From Camelus dromedarius (lineage: Eukaryota), in contig NC_087447.1 of the NCBI RefSeq assembly GCF_036321535.1, positions 12,710,001-12,774,000 of the forward strand: a stretch of 64,000 nucleotides of DNA, in the 5' to 3' direction. Of the stretch, positions 1 through 12,224 are shown one piece after another; positions within the stretch are counted from its first letter, which is position 1, and every line of letters begins with the position of its first letter. A model generated the notes under the pieces. That model had not been told where the DNA came from, ran no database searches, and worked only from the letters and a program-made list of their open reading frames with translations. The position numbers and the translations under genes were made by a program.

Positions 1-760
1 AAAACGTTCATGATATAATCAAGTTAAAAAAGCAGCATGCTAAACAGGTTATACAGTGTTAAATAATTCCTGTATATTCACATCATATGTAATGACCTAG
101 AGATATGCATGCAAACAGAAAAACGCTCACATTGTATGTGTCAAATGATACCAGTTGTTCTGTCTATGAGGTGATACTGTGGTCCTTCTTCCTGTTCTTC
201 TTAATCAGTCTTCACAGTCTGTGCTGTACTCTGTGTCCACACACTTGATGTCAGTGTCACATGTATATTTCTGTCTTGCATTCCATGTGTATGAATATTG
301 ACAGTTTAAGTTTTCATATTGTTATTGCTATAACTTGTGCTTATCTGGTGCCCGTATGGATGTCTGAAGTATTTTGAATTATTTACCACTAAAATGCACC
401 TCATAATCTCACCTTTTGGGGGGAAATGTCTCATTGTGATATGTTTCTTAGGTAGATTCATAGGTTAAGAAATTTGAACTACTTTGGTAATTGAAAGCAG
501 TCATCCTCAAAAAGGACAAAATCAATTTACAAAATCACCACATTTCAGGTGAAAATCATGACAATTTTTTCTTTTATATTCATAGTTCTGTACCATATCT
601 TCAGTTTTCACCTGAAATTCTTAAATTTTACTGTAGATAGATTTCTAAATGTTCATCATATTCAAATAAGGAGTAGGAAATCTGAAAACTATTAATTCAA
701 AAATCTTTTACTCTTAAATGTTTTTTATCCATTGTCTTTTTTGATCTTACGACAATAAAA

Positions 761-890
761 TTAGTAGTTGGTATTATTTTCACCTTCTTACTGATGAAGA
801 AACTAAGGTATACAGAAGTGAAAAAAATTGCCAGAGATCTTTTTTTGACCTGGGAAATGTCAGACCCAGCAGGATTTTAGATGCCAAGCA
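761..890 (+). mobile_element. MIR SINE fragment
   Basis: Degenerate MIR core (ttactgatgaagaaactaagg...agaagtgaaaaaaattgcc). Confidence 0.6.
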
Positions 891-2524
891 ATCTAGGCCC
901 TTTCCCAGAAGAGCTGTGATGCAGTGACTGCTCCAGCCTGCCAAGATGGGAGGTCAAGGACAGTAATGACAGGCATCCGGTATCTAGAGGACAGACTCAA
1001 AACCTGCTGCAGGGGCTTTGGGAGAAAACTGGGAGCCACTGAAATGGTCCAATAGTAGGCAAATGTGTTTAAATAAACAATGAAAAAATTAATGTTTGAG
1101 AAACATGGATTAAGCTAGCCCTGTGTTCTGTGAGCAGTGAAAATATATGTTAAATCTCTCCTCTCTAGCTGTTAGTAGCAGCTTTGTAGTCTTTGTCATT
1201 AAGCATTCAAATGGCATATATATATTAATACCCATATATATTAAAATGATATGCATGAGTTGCAAACTCAAAATCAATTTCTATGTAACTGAAAATTATA
1301 AAATTATTACATTTGTTTGAAATGCATACAGGCGCATCTCTATCTCTGTCTCTCCATCTGTGTATCTACCTGTCCATATCACAGTTATCAGTTGTGTAGG
1401 GTAACCCCCATGTATAAATTGCTCCCTCAAGTTTATTAGTAGAGTTGGGACAAGAACTCAGGTCTTTAGACTCAGAGAAGGAAGGGAGATGATAGGCATG
1501 CACCTGCCATTTATTATTACCTTTTGTATGTTGTTTAAGAGTTTAAAAGTCTCCAAGTTTTGTAGTATTGTCCTTATTTAATTGGTAACTAACCTGGTGA
1601 GAGCCCACACCTAGTACAGTGCCCTCCTTGGACTACAAGGCGTACGTTCTTCTCCCAAGGATGCATTGCCTAATGGGTTCACTGTGTTCTAAGAAGCTAT
1701 TCCTTACCCAGTAATGACCAACTTACCCAAGATCTGCCCAGTATAACTGTACATAATCCTTGCTACTGGCAAGATGGTCTATGATGTTTCAATTATTTTG
1801 AGTGTGTTTATTTAGAATGTATGATGCCTCTGGGATTCTACCTTGAATTACACTGAATTACATTATTATTATTATTAATTTTTAGACAGTTGGAAAAAAT
1901 ATAATGAGGTCTCATAGGCTTAAAAAAAAAAAGCAGTTCACTTGAGAATTAGTCTTTAGAGACCAAACCAGACTTTAGGTCATGTTAAAGCAGTGACATT
2001 GAAAAAGTTACGATACAATACTGTTCTCTTGAATAAAGAGAATTTGTTAAATATATCAATATGGAACAGTTTTATATTGTCATATTTTCTGAAAAACTAG
2101 CAAATCAAGAAAAATTATTTGTGCTATGCATCTTTTGTTTTCACATGGGATATTGTTAATAAAGCTGGAGACTTCTGAACTGGGGATATTGGACGGGTGG
2201 AGAGGCTGAACTTTTGTCCTATACTGGTTATATAAACAGATAATAGCTTTCATGCAATTCTTCATTTGAGAAACAGGAAATCTGGAATAAATTCTTATGG
2301 AGCAGCTAATTAATTATTTTTAATGCATTTTCATTTGAAAAGTAAGAGAATGGACATAACTTCTTATGTTTACTCTTATGTATGAAATCTCATTCTAAGT
2401 AAAAATCTTCAGAGAATTTTATTGTACAGTGAACAGATATGTAAAAATCACATATGAGGAACAGGCATTCTAATATTTTTAAGAGAAAAAAACGTGAAGG
2501 AAATTTCATTTTTATTTATTCAAG

Positions 2525-3484
2525 TCACTTTCTTAACTTCATGAATATAAAAACCTGGTTTCCATTGATGATCGCTTTTTTCAAGGCATCCTTCACCTCC
2601 TTGTTCCTAAGGCTGTAGATTAAAGGGTTCAACATGGGAACGATCACCGTGTAGAAGACAGAGGCCATCTTGTCTGTGTCCAGGGAATGGTGAGAGCTTG
2701 GCTGTAAGTACATGAAGATGAGGGACCCGTAGAATATGGTGACTGCCAGTATGTGGGAGCTACACGTGGAGAAAGCCTTGCGTCTCCCCTCAGCTGAGCG
2801 CATCCCCAGGATGGTGGAAATAATAAACAGGTAGGAGACAAAGACAACCAGGAGGGAAGAAATGAACATGATACCAGCACAGACAAAGATCCACAGCTGC
2901 TTGGTGTGAGTGTCTGAGCACGTCAGCCTGAGGAGAGGCATGTCATCACAGTAGAAATGGTTAAGGATGTTGGAGTGGCAATAGGAGAGGTGAAAGGTGA
3001 GGAGGGTATGGAACAGGGCGACCAGGAAGCTGTAGCTGTAGGGGGCAGCCACAAGCTGGATGCAGATTCTTGGGGACATCACAGCCATATAGAGGAGAGG
3101 TTTACAAATGGCCACATAGCGGTCATAGGCCATGGAAGCCAGGAGCAGACACTCAGCTGTCAGGCAAGCCAGGAAACAGCCTAATTGAGCAGCACATGCA
3201 TTGAAGGAGATCACGTTCTGTTGGTACAAGAAGTTCCCCAGCATCTTGGGTGCGATGACAGAAGCATAACAGAAATCAACAAAGGCCAGGTTGCTAAGAA
3301 AGAAGTACATTAGTGTGTGGAGTCTCGCATCCATTCTAATGACCAGGATCAGACCCAGGTTGCCTACTACTGTGAAGAGGTAGATGGATAAGAAGAGCAC
3401 AAAGAGGGGCATCTTCAACTCCTGACGATCCGTGAGGCCCGCGAGAATGAACTCTGTCACCTGCGTGCAGTTGATCTGGGTCAT
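2525..3484 (-). CDS. OR8U1: Olfactory receptor, OR8U subfamily (copy 1), intact 319 aa
   Basis: Single-exon 7TM ORF with N-glycan sequon [35 protein letters not shown]. Closely resembles human OR8U1 as recalled. A polypyrimidine+AG acceptor lies just upstream (AG at 3501-3500). Exact orthology within OR8U is uncertain. Confidence 0.92.
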   Translation of the reverse strand: MTQINCTQVTEFILAGLTDRQELKMPLFVLFLSIYLFTVVGNLGLILVIRMDARLHTLMYFFLSNLAFVDFCYASVIAPKMLGNFLYQQNVISFNACAAQLGCFLACLTAECLLLASMAYDRYVAICKPLLYMAVMSPRICIQLVAAPYSYSFLVALFHTLLTFHLSYCHSNILNHFYCDDMPLLRLTCSDTHTKQLWIFVCAGIMFISSLLVVFVSYLFIISTILGMRSAEGRRKAFSTCSSHILAVTIFYGSLIFMYLQPSSHHSLDTDKMASVFYTVIVPMLNPLIYSLRNKEVKDALKKAIINGNQVFIFMKLRK

Positions 3485-4079
3485 GCGTCTTCAGTATGTC
3501 TGCATGAAGAGAGGAGAATTAAAGCAGCTGAATTAAATTAAATTTGAATTGTAATATCCTTTAAAGCCACTTCATTTTTAACAGGAAAATGCTAATATTA
3601 AAATCATTAGCATCCTTGGAGCCAGGGGATGGGACAAAGATCAAAAAGAAATCTTTTGTAGGAAAGGCACATTGTGTTTCCCGAAGTCGATTGCGTTTAA
3701 CGTTAAGAGCTGTGGGACATGATTCAGTCCACACTGGCTCTCTTTTCAAAGCTCTTGACTTTATATTATTCAAATTTTGCCATCAATATTTCAAAATTTT
3801 GAACTATTGTTTTTCCAAAAAAAAAATCCTAACATTGATAACATAAAGGAAATTGAATCTTCTGCAGTGACATTACCCAGACAGACTTGCCCGTGTGATA
3901 CAAACTCCACATTGCTGCAATGCTATATTCAACTGTTGTATAACATTACTTATTGCCAAGAAGTCACCATACGCAACTACAGAATCTTCATAATTGTGTT
4001 AATGCAAATGCTGGAAATAGGTAACTTTACGAAAGATGCTAACGCATGCTTTACAGGCTGTTTATTTATTTTGTTTCTT

Positions 4080-4190
4080 ATGTGCCCATTCTACAGATGG
4101 AGAAAGAAGTCTGAGAGATTAAGCACCTGGAGTATACTCAGGCAGCCAGTCTCTAGCACAGCTGGGATTCAAACTTGTGTTTTTCTGAGG
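4080..4190 (+). mobile_element. MIR SINE fragment
   Basis: cccattctacagatggagaa...ctgagagattaag...ctgggattcaaac. A counterpart lies at ~16530-16640, upstream of the other OR8U copy. Confidence 0.65.
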
Positions 4191-4277
4191 CAGCAACCCA
4201 CCCACTATTAAGTTCTCAATACTCCCGATTCGTTCTGTTGGTGCATTGCCTAGATTTCACCAAGCGTTTATTGATAT

Positions 4278-4743
4278 TGTGAAGGAAAAACCAGTTTGGT
4301 CTAACAAGATAACTCACAAGTCTAGGAATGTGAAGGAGAGGCTGGGCTGGTCTAACAAGACAACTCACAAATTTAAGTATCAGAATACTGATCTGAGTTC
4401 TGCTGGACTAACTTGTAAATCTAAGTTAATTAGTGTTGGTTTGTGGTTTATGTTTTTTTTGCTAGCCAGCTGGATTTTCAAAGAGATATATCTGGCTTTG
4501 GAATGTTGGTTTGCTGCCTCCCCGCCTCCACTTTTGTGATAATAATGCTGCTAAAGCTGTTCCATGCCTATTGGCCGAATACCCCAAGCTTGTACTTTAC
4601 CCTATAAAACCTCATGCGCACATCTTGAAAGTGCTCAGAGCTTCGGAGCAGAAGCCCCTCTGAGCCCACCGGTGTAATACATCTGAGTACTCCAACCCTC
4701 CGAGTGGTGCTTGTTTCTTGGCTGGCCTGTCGTTTCCGTAACA
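4278..4743 (+). mobile_element. Solo LTR, ERV1-like
   Basis: TG...CA termini with 4-bp TSD ATAT (4274-4277, 4744-4747). Inverted CCAAT ~4570, TATAAAA ~4603. Confidence 0.85.
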
Positions 4744-4960
4744 ATATAATGTTTCACAGACATCTTTCTATGTAAAGCATCAACTGAACTGATCAAATTC
4801 AATGAAAACCTTCAAATTTTAAAAACATTTTGCTTAGTTAAAATAAAAGTGATATTTACTTTCTAATAGAATTTTATCAATGTACATGGCTCCAAACTAA
4901 AAACATACAGATTTGGATTATTTTTATATTAATTTTCATGTTTTTACTGTAGTATTTTTG

Positions 4961-5514
4961 TGAAAGAATTTCAATCTAAAATGAAACTGGAAGATAGAAA
5001 GTGGAAAATCTCACATATATGCCCTCAGGCAAACAAAAGGTAAGGACTGATGAGGAGTGACAGGCTGATTTCCCTTAAATGCCTGATGTACCGAACACTG
5101 AAATTTATTCAAGAATCTCTCTGCATCATTGAGCCCATAAACTTGCTGCTTGGACTTGTGAAAAATTCAGAAACAGCCAGAGCAAAGTAAATGAATAGTA
5201 ACTGGTAGAAGTTTACCATGAACACATCAAGGATGGTCTCTGTTTTTTTGTTTTTGTTTTTAATTTAAGTTTAAATTTAATTTTTTTGGAGAGGGCACCC
5301 TGATATGAACTATGTTTCTTTTAACTGACTCTAATTGAACTCCCCCTTGTTTATATCCACTCCATAAACACAGCCTACCCTAAGCCCTCAATGGATTTGT
5401 TTGCAGCTTGCTAGAGTTTATGTTTCCCAAATTACAGCTCAAACTATTCCCAAACCAACTCATTTTGTACAATTTTAAGCTTACCTCAGTTTCTCTCTTT
5501 TTTTTAGGTTGACA
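4961..5514 (+). mobile_element. Solo LTR, ERV1-like (older)
   Basis: TGAAAGA...GTTGACA termini with TSD TTTG (4957-4960, 5515-5518). Confidence 0.65.
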
Positions 5515-6048
5515 TTTGAAATGGATTATCTTCATTCATTTTACCTATCCTTATGGTCTGATGTTCATAATTAAAATATAAACCTCAATATAAGCTTTAA
5601 TTTAGGATAGAATAAGATAACTAGAAATGAGTTTTGTTTATTGCTATACATTTTCTTTTAGTAAATCCCATAAAGTCTTATGTCATATTTCTCTCTTTCT
5701 CCACACAAAAATTTAAAAAGTCTTAAGAAAACATAAATTGCTCAGAACATTCTAGAAATTAGACTTGCAGAATCATCAGCCTATGCATTCTGATTCTTAT
5801 CTATTCATGCTACATTAGAAGCATTTATTTTATCATGTTGATAATGATCTTTTATATCAAAATACAGTAGGGCATACCATTAAAAGTATGAGACTAGAGT
5901 TTGAATCATGGCAATGTTATGTACTAGTGAGTGTGCTTCTTAGTGAAATTACTCAGGCTTTCTTGGTTTGTTTACTGAAAGAAATAACAGAGGCACACTC
6001 CTTCTTAGAAAATAAATGTAAAATTTCCATTTGAGTTCACTTATATTG

Positions 6049-6133
6049 TTGTATTTATGAAAAGGAAATACTATGGAATTTCTCATAAAAACTTGTATTT
6101 ATGAGAAGGAAATACTATGGAAATACTATGGAA
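6049..6133. repeat. Local 30-bp direct duplication with inverted spacer and 11-bp re-duplication
   Basis: 6049-6078 approximately equals 6093-6122. 6080-6089 is the reverse complement of 6098-6107. 6123-6133 repeats atactatggaa. Confidence 0.85.
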
Positions 6134-8049
6134 CGCTTGCTTTTTGAATGACAGGTAACTACTGAAAACTATCATTTCATTGATACGTATACCAACTGGG
6201 ATACAGTGGAGAGAACCATGAATAAAATTGGGAGACCTATATTTAAATGGCTCTATCACCCTCTAGTTACATTAATTTGAGCATGTCAAAAATTCCATTT
6301 GTCCCTCAGTTTCTCAATCTGTAAATGGTGCTATTTTATATCTAAAAAATGCAAACATTAAGATAAAATAATGTGTCTGCACATAGCCTACACGAGCAGG
6401 TTTTAAAATAGAAAATATTATGTTAAAATTGCTCCCCTGATCTAGTAAAAGGTAGATGTAGGGTGAAGTCAGTGTAATCACTTTAAAAATTCACTGGTAG
6501 CGGGGTAGACAGTGCTCATTGGTCAGCGTAAGATACTAGAACATGGAATTTACACAACAAGACACAGACAATCCTTAACGGTTGGATGCAGACATCTGTA
6601 GTTAAAGATTTATATGCAATATATATGTTAAATTAAAGACACAGAAGAGTGTCTCATTTTTATTTTTAGCTCTTCAAATAATAGTCTCAACATAGAATAA
6701 ATTAGCAGAAGAATATATAGCCTACTTGATACATTTTCTTATGTCAGGAAACAGATGTAAGTATACATCAGGAGAAGGTAGATGTTCTTCATAAATCATG
6801 GACATCAAAATCAAAAATAATTTTTAACTGTGTCTTTGTGCAAGTGTCTACAACTTTCTGTGGGAAGAGGACAGTCTTGGATGCTATTGATCATTACGTG
6901 AGATGAGTAGGTCATGGAAGTATTTAAAAGCCTAGTTAGTGGTCAAATATATAAATTCCATTTTGAAATAATCAAGCAACTGTTTGATTAGAAATCTGGC
7001 TTACAAGCCCCATAATACTAGCTAGGACTCCCCTGTTCAGCAGCTGTAAGAACTTCAATATGCCATTTCATCTTATCTTAAAGGTGGCACATGCAAATGT
7101 ACGCAAATGTATTTGAAAGTATATTATATATGATCTTTTAGCATCTAACCCATGATATTTTATCTTCGACTTCCATTTACATCTTTTCACTTCTGCCACA
7201 GCTAACACACGTTGATCTAATTAGAGTAATTGTTTTCTGGTCCTCGGTTACAATAAGAAGACTGTATATGCGTCCCTGCTTCATATGTTCTTTTTCCTGT
7301 GTTCATTTCTACCAGGTGAATGGTGAATGAAGGGTTGGAAGAAAAACTCGTATTTATCCTTCAAGGCCTATCAAAATCCCACCTTTCCTGTAAAGATCTC
7401 CCTAACTTCCAATTCCCATGCTCTGTTACCTGCCAGTTTTCATTTTTGCATTCTGGAAACATTTTATGCATAAATTATTTGCACATCATTTGTAGTTTCT
7501 TTCTGTTTCCATATTTGTTTTCTGGAGAGACTGTAGACATGGGTAGAAACCATGACTTTTTGATTCATTTCCTAATGCAGCCCCTTCTAGATGCTTGGTA
7601 ATGGGGAATTAAAGATTAATTTTGGTAATAAAATTTCAATTTATTTCTCTTGCTCATAATTAATGTTCTTTAGTTATTTCAAATATATTAAGGGATGTAG
7701 TGATGACAATTTTAATGTGCTCACCTCTCATTCTGGGTAAAATGACTAGCTTTCGCAAAAATGAAAACAGTTTAGACATAGTTTACAATCTAATCAATTA
7801 AGCGCTTGACTTGTCCAAATGATTGAGTAGATTCTATCTTAGAGATCTCAAATTTTTACTCCAAACTAATAAAATGTATATCATATAATAGCACATACCT
7901 ATACAGCTGAAATAAAATTAGAAGAAACATTCTTACCCTCGTTTCTAAAATGCCACCCAAAAAGTTTTATTTTAAAATCTATTCTATTCTAGTTGACTTT
8001 AAAAATTCAGATTTTTGTCACAATTTTTAAAAACAATCTTCATAACTAC

Positions 8050-8225
8050 CTGGGTAGAGGGTGTTCCTATTTCTTCTCCAAGTGGGTTTGTGCAGCAATG
8101 AACTGCAGGGTTTTATCAATGACCTACCCCAAGGGATCTTACTGAGGGTCTGACGTAAGATCATCAGGAAAGCTACAGACCACACCCCAGAGGGAGCCCA
8201 CGGCCTGCTGGAGATCAATTAGCAT
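8050..8225 (-). promoter_or_regulatory. Candidate promoter/first non-coding exon of OR8U copy 1
   Basis: Homologous to 19919-20100. Contains donor CAG|GTAGTT (exon end 8050), O/E-like sites 8127-8136 and 8184-8196, and a TAATTG homeodomain site 8216-8221. Confidence 0.5.
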
Positions 8226-8671
8226 CGCTCTCGTGTTTGAGGAACCTCACAGCTACAGCTCTGCCTTTAGTATGACATTGCCCTAGCATCCCCTCGTTTT
8301 TGAGCTGCTATCATTTACTGATTGCTGTCTTAATTGTTCATAATGTTTTTGCTCAACAACAGGATTTAAGTCTATCCTTGAAAAAGATAAGAAACTTTCC
8401 AACAGCATATCTTTCAAAGAACTAAATATCTAACTCTTCCAAGGATCTGTTTCTGAACATGTTGAGACATGACCCTCTTTGGCTTACTCTTTGAAATGCT
8501 CATGAAATATTCATTTCCTCTTCCAGGTTATCTCTATCCATTATTCCTTAATTTCCTTGGTGAGCTCTTCTAAAGAGCACTCTTCCAGATTGATTTCTTA
8601 GCCAATCTGTGTCCATAGCAAGGGGGTGTTGAAAGAATTTTATTTTAAAACTTATTAAGAAACAATGCATC

Positions 8672-9117
8672 TGCTATGAACTCAACTGTATCCTCCCAAA
8701 ATTCACAGGCTGAAGCCCTCCCTTCCACTGTGATGGTGTCTGCAGATGGGCCTTTGGGTACCTCCCAGAGGAGGCTAGGGTTAGATGAGGTCATGAGAAT
8801 GGGGCCTTCATGATGGAATTAGTGTCCTTATAAGGAGAAACACTAGTATTCCTCTCTCTCTCTCTCTCATTCTACACTCCCCTCCTACCCTCCCCACCCC
8901 CACCACATGCACTAACACAGAAGTGGTCATATGAGCACAGTCAGGTAGCAGCCATCTACAATCCAGGAAGAGAGAGCCTACAAATAACCAAATTGTCCAG
9001 AATCCTGATCTTGGACTTTCCTGCCTCCAGAACCATGAGAAAATAAATTTCTGTTGGTAAAGCCTCCCTGTTTTTAAAAACAGTATTTTGTTATGGCAGC
9101 TCAAACTAACAAAAACA
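8672..9117 (+). mobile_element. MaLR solo LTR (MLT1A-like)
   Basis: tgctatgaactcaactgtatcctcccaaaattca... to ...actaacaaaaaca, with perfect 5-bp TSD GCATC (8667-8671, 9118-9122). Confidence 0.85.
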
Positions 9118-10559
9118 GCATCTTTAAAGAAACAAAATAATCCTCAGTACTGAAAAGGGTTTTATTGGGTTGGTGGGAGGAGGGGTAGGAAAGGAAACAT
9201 GGAATTATTTTTCTTTTTCCAATATAGTACATTTTCTGTTGTCTTCTCAGTAATTGAGGGGGTCCCGCATTTAATTGAAGGTGCACCAAATACTTCAGAT
9301 ATATCTCTGAGAGGTTTCAAATAGACAGAAGGTGAAAAACACAAATTAACTTATATGTAGTGAACTAAAAGACATAAGTGAAAGGAGGATCAGTAAGGCA
9401 TTTGATGCAAACCCTGGGGTCCAAAACAAGGGGAAGTTTGCATCTCTAGGGATTGCGGATTTGATGATGGATAAGCAAACGATAGTGAATATGGTTTGTG
9501 AGGAAACAGCAGGGGACTTACTTGTTTCATATACTGACTTTGAATATACAATTTTCATAGTTTTCTATGAAACAAATTTCCAGTGATAACACTGGGCTTC
9601 AATATAATGGCCGTGGGAGGGTCGGTGTGTTAGTGTGTGACACTGTACATGATGCATTAACACATGTGGTTTATTGAACAGGAAGAAGCAGCAAATCCTT
9701 ACATCTCACAGCTTGGCATGATCGCAGTTTGTCAGTGTTAATCAGGATAAATGTACTAGCATGAAATATGCTTAAGATATGTGAGTATTCTGTGAATATG
9801 CAGTACTTAATGTTGTTTTAAATGGGCAAACATACTTAATACAGATGGAAAAATGCCATGGCTTTGTTTATGTCTTGCTATAAAATGGCATGAGTTGTAC
9901 TTGGTACAGGGATGTTGGAAAATTAACTAAAAATCTTCTATATAAACTGATGCATACGAATAAGTTAGCTTGAATTTGAATGACAACAAAGAGCAGTTAT
10001 TAGCCACAAATTGTTAGGATTGTGTTTCTATGTTATTTCAACATGAGTTTTTTATATATCATCAAAGGCTCTTCCCAGAGAATGTTTTATCTTCTCATTT
10101 CTTAAACTTTAGGAGAAAGAGTTCAATTCAGTTGATCAAAGCTTTGGGGAGGGGACAGTATTTGACTAGGACATACATTCAGGGAATTTTTAAGATGAAG
10201 AAACTGTTCTGCATGTTATCTAAGTTACTTGACTCTATGCATTTTTGTCATAAATTTCATAGAACTGTTTATTACAGAGGCTAAATTGTGTATACAAATT
10301 AATAAAAAGTTAAGTAGATTGTTAGCCAATACCAGTGGCTGGCAGAATGCTGGCCACACTATGGCAAATGTGTTTAATTCTGTTATCAATGTATGACAAA
10401 AACATACTCAAGTGGGGAGATTTACTGACCTAAGTAACTTGGAAAATGGTGTTTTGATTAGAAGGTGTAAAATTATAGGCAAAAGAAACTGAATACAAAC
10501 TTTACATTCTAGTTTGTAAATTTGTTTCCTGGGAGGGTTCAAGTTAATTCTGGAATTAC

Positions 10560-10745
10560 TGTACATATATGTTGAGTTTGAACAAGTAATTAAATAGCTT
10601 TTAAGTGGTAGGATCCAGGTTTCTCACTGTTGGAGAGGAACTTTACAGGTAAGTATGAAATTGAAGCTAGAGTGAATCCTGTGGCCCTGGGTTAGGGTAG
10701 GAGTGATATCAGAATAAATTCACATTTATCCTTTCATATATATAC
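10560..10745 (+). mobile_element. Old L1 (L1MC-like) 3' fragment
   Basis: caggtttctcactgttggagagg...gaatcctgtggccctggg resembles L1MC 3' sequence. Confidence 0.5.
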
Positions 10746-12224
10746 ACACACAGTGTTCTCTTCAATTCTCCCCTGGAAAACATCCCTCAACATTGTGTTT
10801 TTCACTTGTATAAAGAAAGTTTGGGAGTCTCCCCAACCCCGACCCAGCAGATCTTTATTTGAAAGCCCAGGAGAAGCTGAAAGTTTTCATTGCATCTCCA
10901 GTGAGAAAGCACCATTGGGACTCATTTATTTCACATTCCTTTTTGAGTTGTCACCAGAGAGTGATCGGTGAGAACTTGGGAACTGAGCCTCTATAAATAA
11001 ACTAAATGTGTTAATACAGTTATTTAGAAACTTCTTCGTATTGGGAATAAATTATGACAAAAATTATGACAAATGGGGCTCATAGAAACCTTGGATTCCC
11101 AAACATGTCTTTAAAATTAACCTCATTTCAATAACATATTTTTAATCAGAACCTCACAGCAGTTTTCACAATTTCATGTTTTCCCTAGCAGTATTATTAA
11201 AGAAAATTTATCCTTAACAGTTTGAAAAGAATAACATTTTCTAACCAGTGTTGGCTGTCCAGATCTCAAATTTTCCAAGAGACAAAATTTATTTTTTTAA
11301 TCTTAGGTTTTACAATTTTCAGCCCATAGTGGACTTTAGATCCTCATGAGTGCTACTACGCTTAATGAAATTTACAATTGCCGGTACAAATGGACATGAA
11401 TGTGATAAGGAATGGAGGAGATTTAGTTATGGTTCAGGAGTAACAGCTGGTGAGAGAGATTTCCCTTGGCAAAGCAGAATTCCTAGGATGCTTATGAGAA
11501 ATGGAAAACCAGAAAATTACTGAACAGCATGGGATCATAGATCATATTGAATCCCAGCGTTTTCAGACAGTGCTTTAAAAATAAGCTGGTTTTCTGGTGA
11601 TGACTCAAGTGGTTTCTGAGTCATCTGAAGTCAGCTGTGTAGAAAACGTGTTAAGAAGAACAACGGGACAGAGATTTGTGTCTATCACCTCATTCTACCA
11701 GAGTAATGGTAGCCTTTACTGTTCATTGCTATTAACATTAAGAATTCATTTTTGAGCAAAATAATTCTGTAAAAAAATTAAAGCCATATACCTAACACAA
11801 TCCCATTATTTTACCAATGAGAAAATGCACACCTTAAAAGGGAAACAGTAAATTTCCAAAAGTAATTCAGCTCGTGGTTCTATCTTAAGTCAAGTCCATA
11901 CCTCCTAACACCCACATCTATTCATTTGTCTTCCTCTCCCTCGGAAAAGGGACCCAGAATTTTGTGACTAAGAGCAAACTAGGTCTGATTACATATTCTA
12001 AAGAATTCTTCAGACTTCTATTTTCCAAGTTTCATGTTTTAAACTTCTAAGCCAATTTTGTGGTAGGAAGAGGTGCTGAAAGTACTCAAGTAAGATTCAG
12101 CAGGCTAAGAAAGGTTAATGAGTGCCAAACTATTTTAATGTTTCAAAATACATTTATTGTCAAAATGACATTGCTTGCTGGAAAATTACACAAATAATGT
12201 AGTGTATAGAAATTATAATACCAT

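Noticed and set aside
2644-3184. Alternative-frame and antisense ORFs overlapping OR genes (also 14706-15207, 30480-31038, 35680-35895, 47140-47340)
   Set aside because: These are shadows of OR codon structure with no independent coding evidence.
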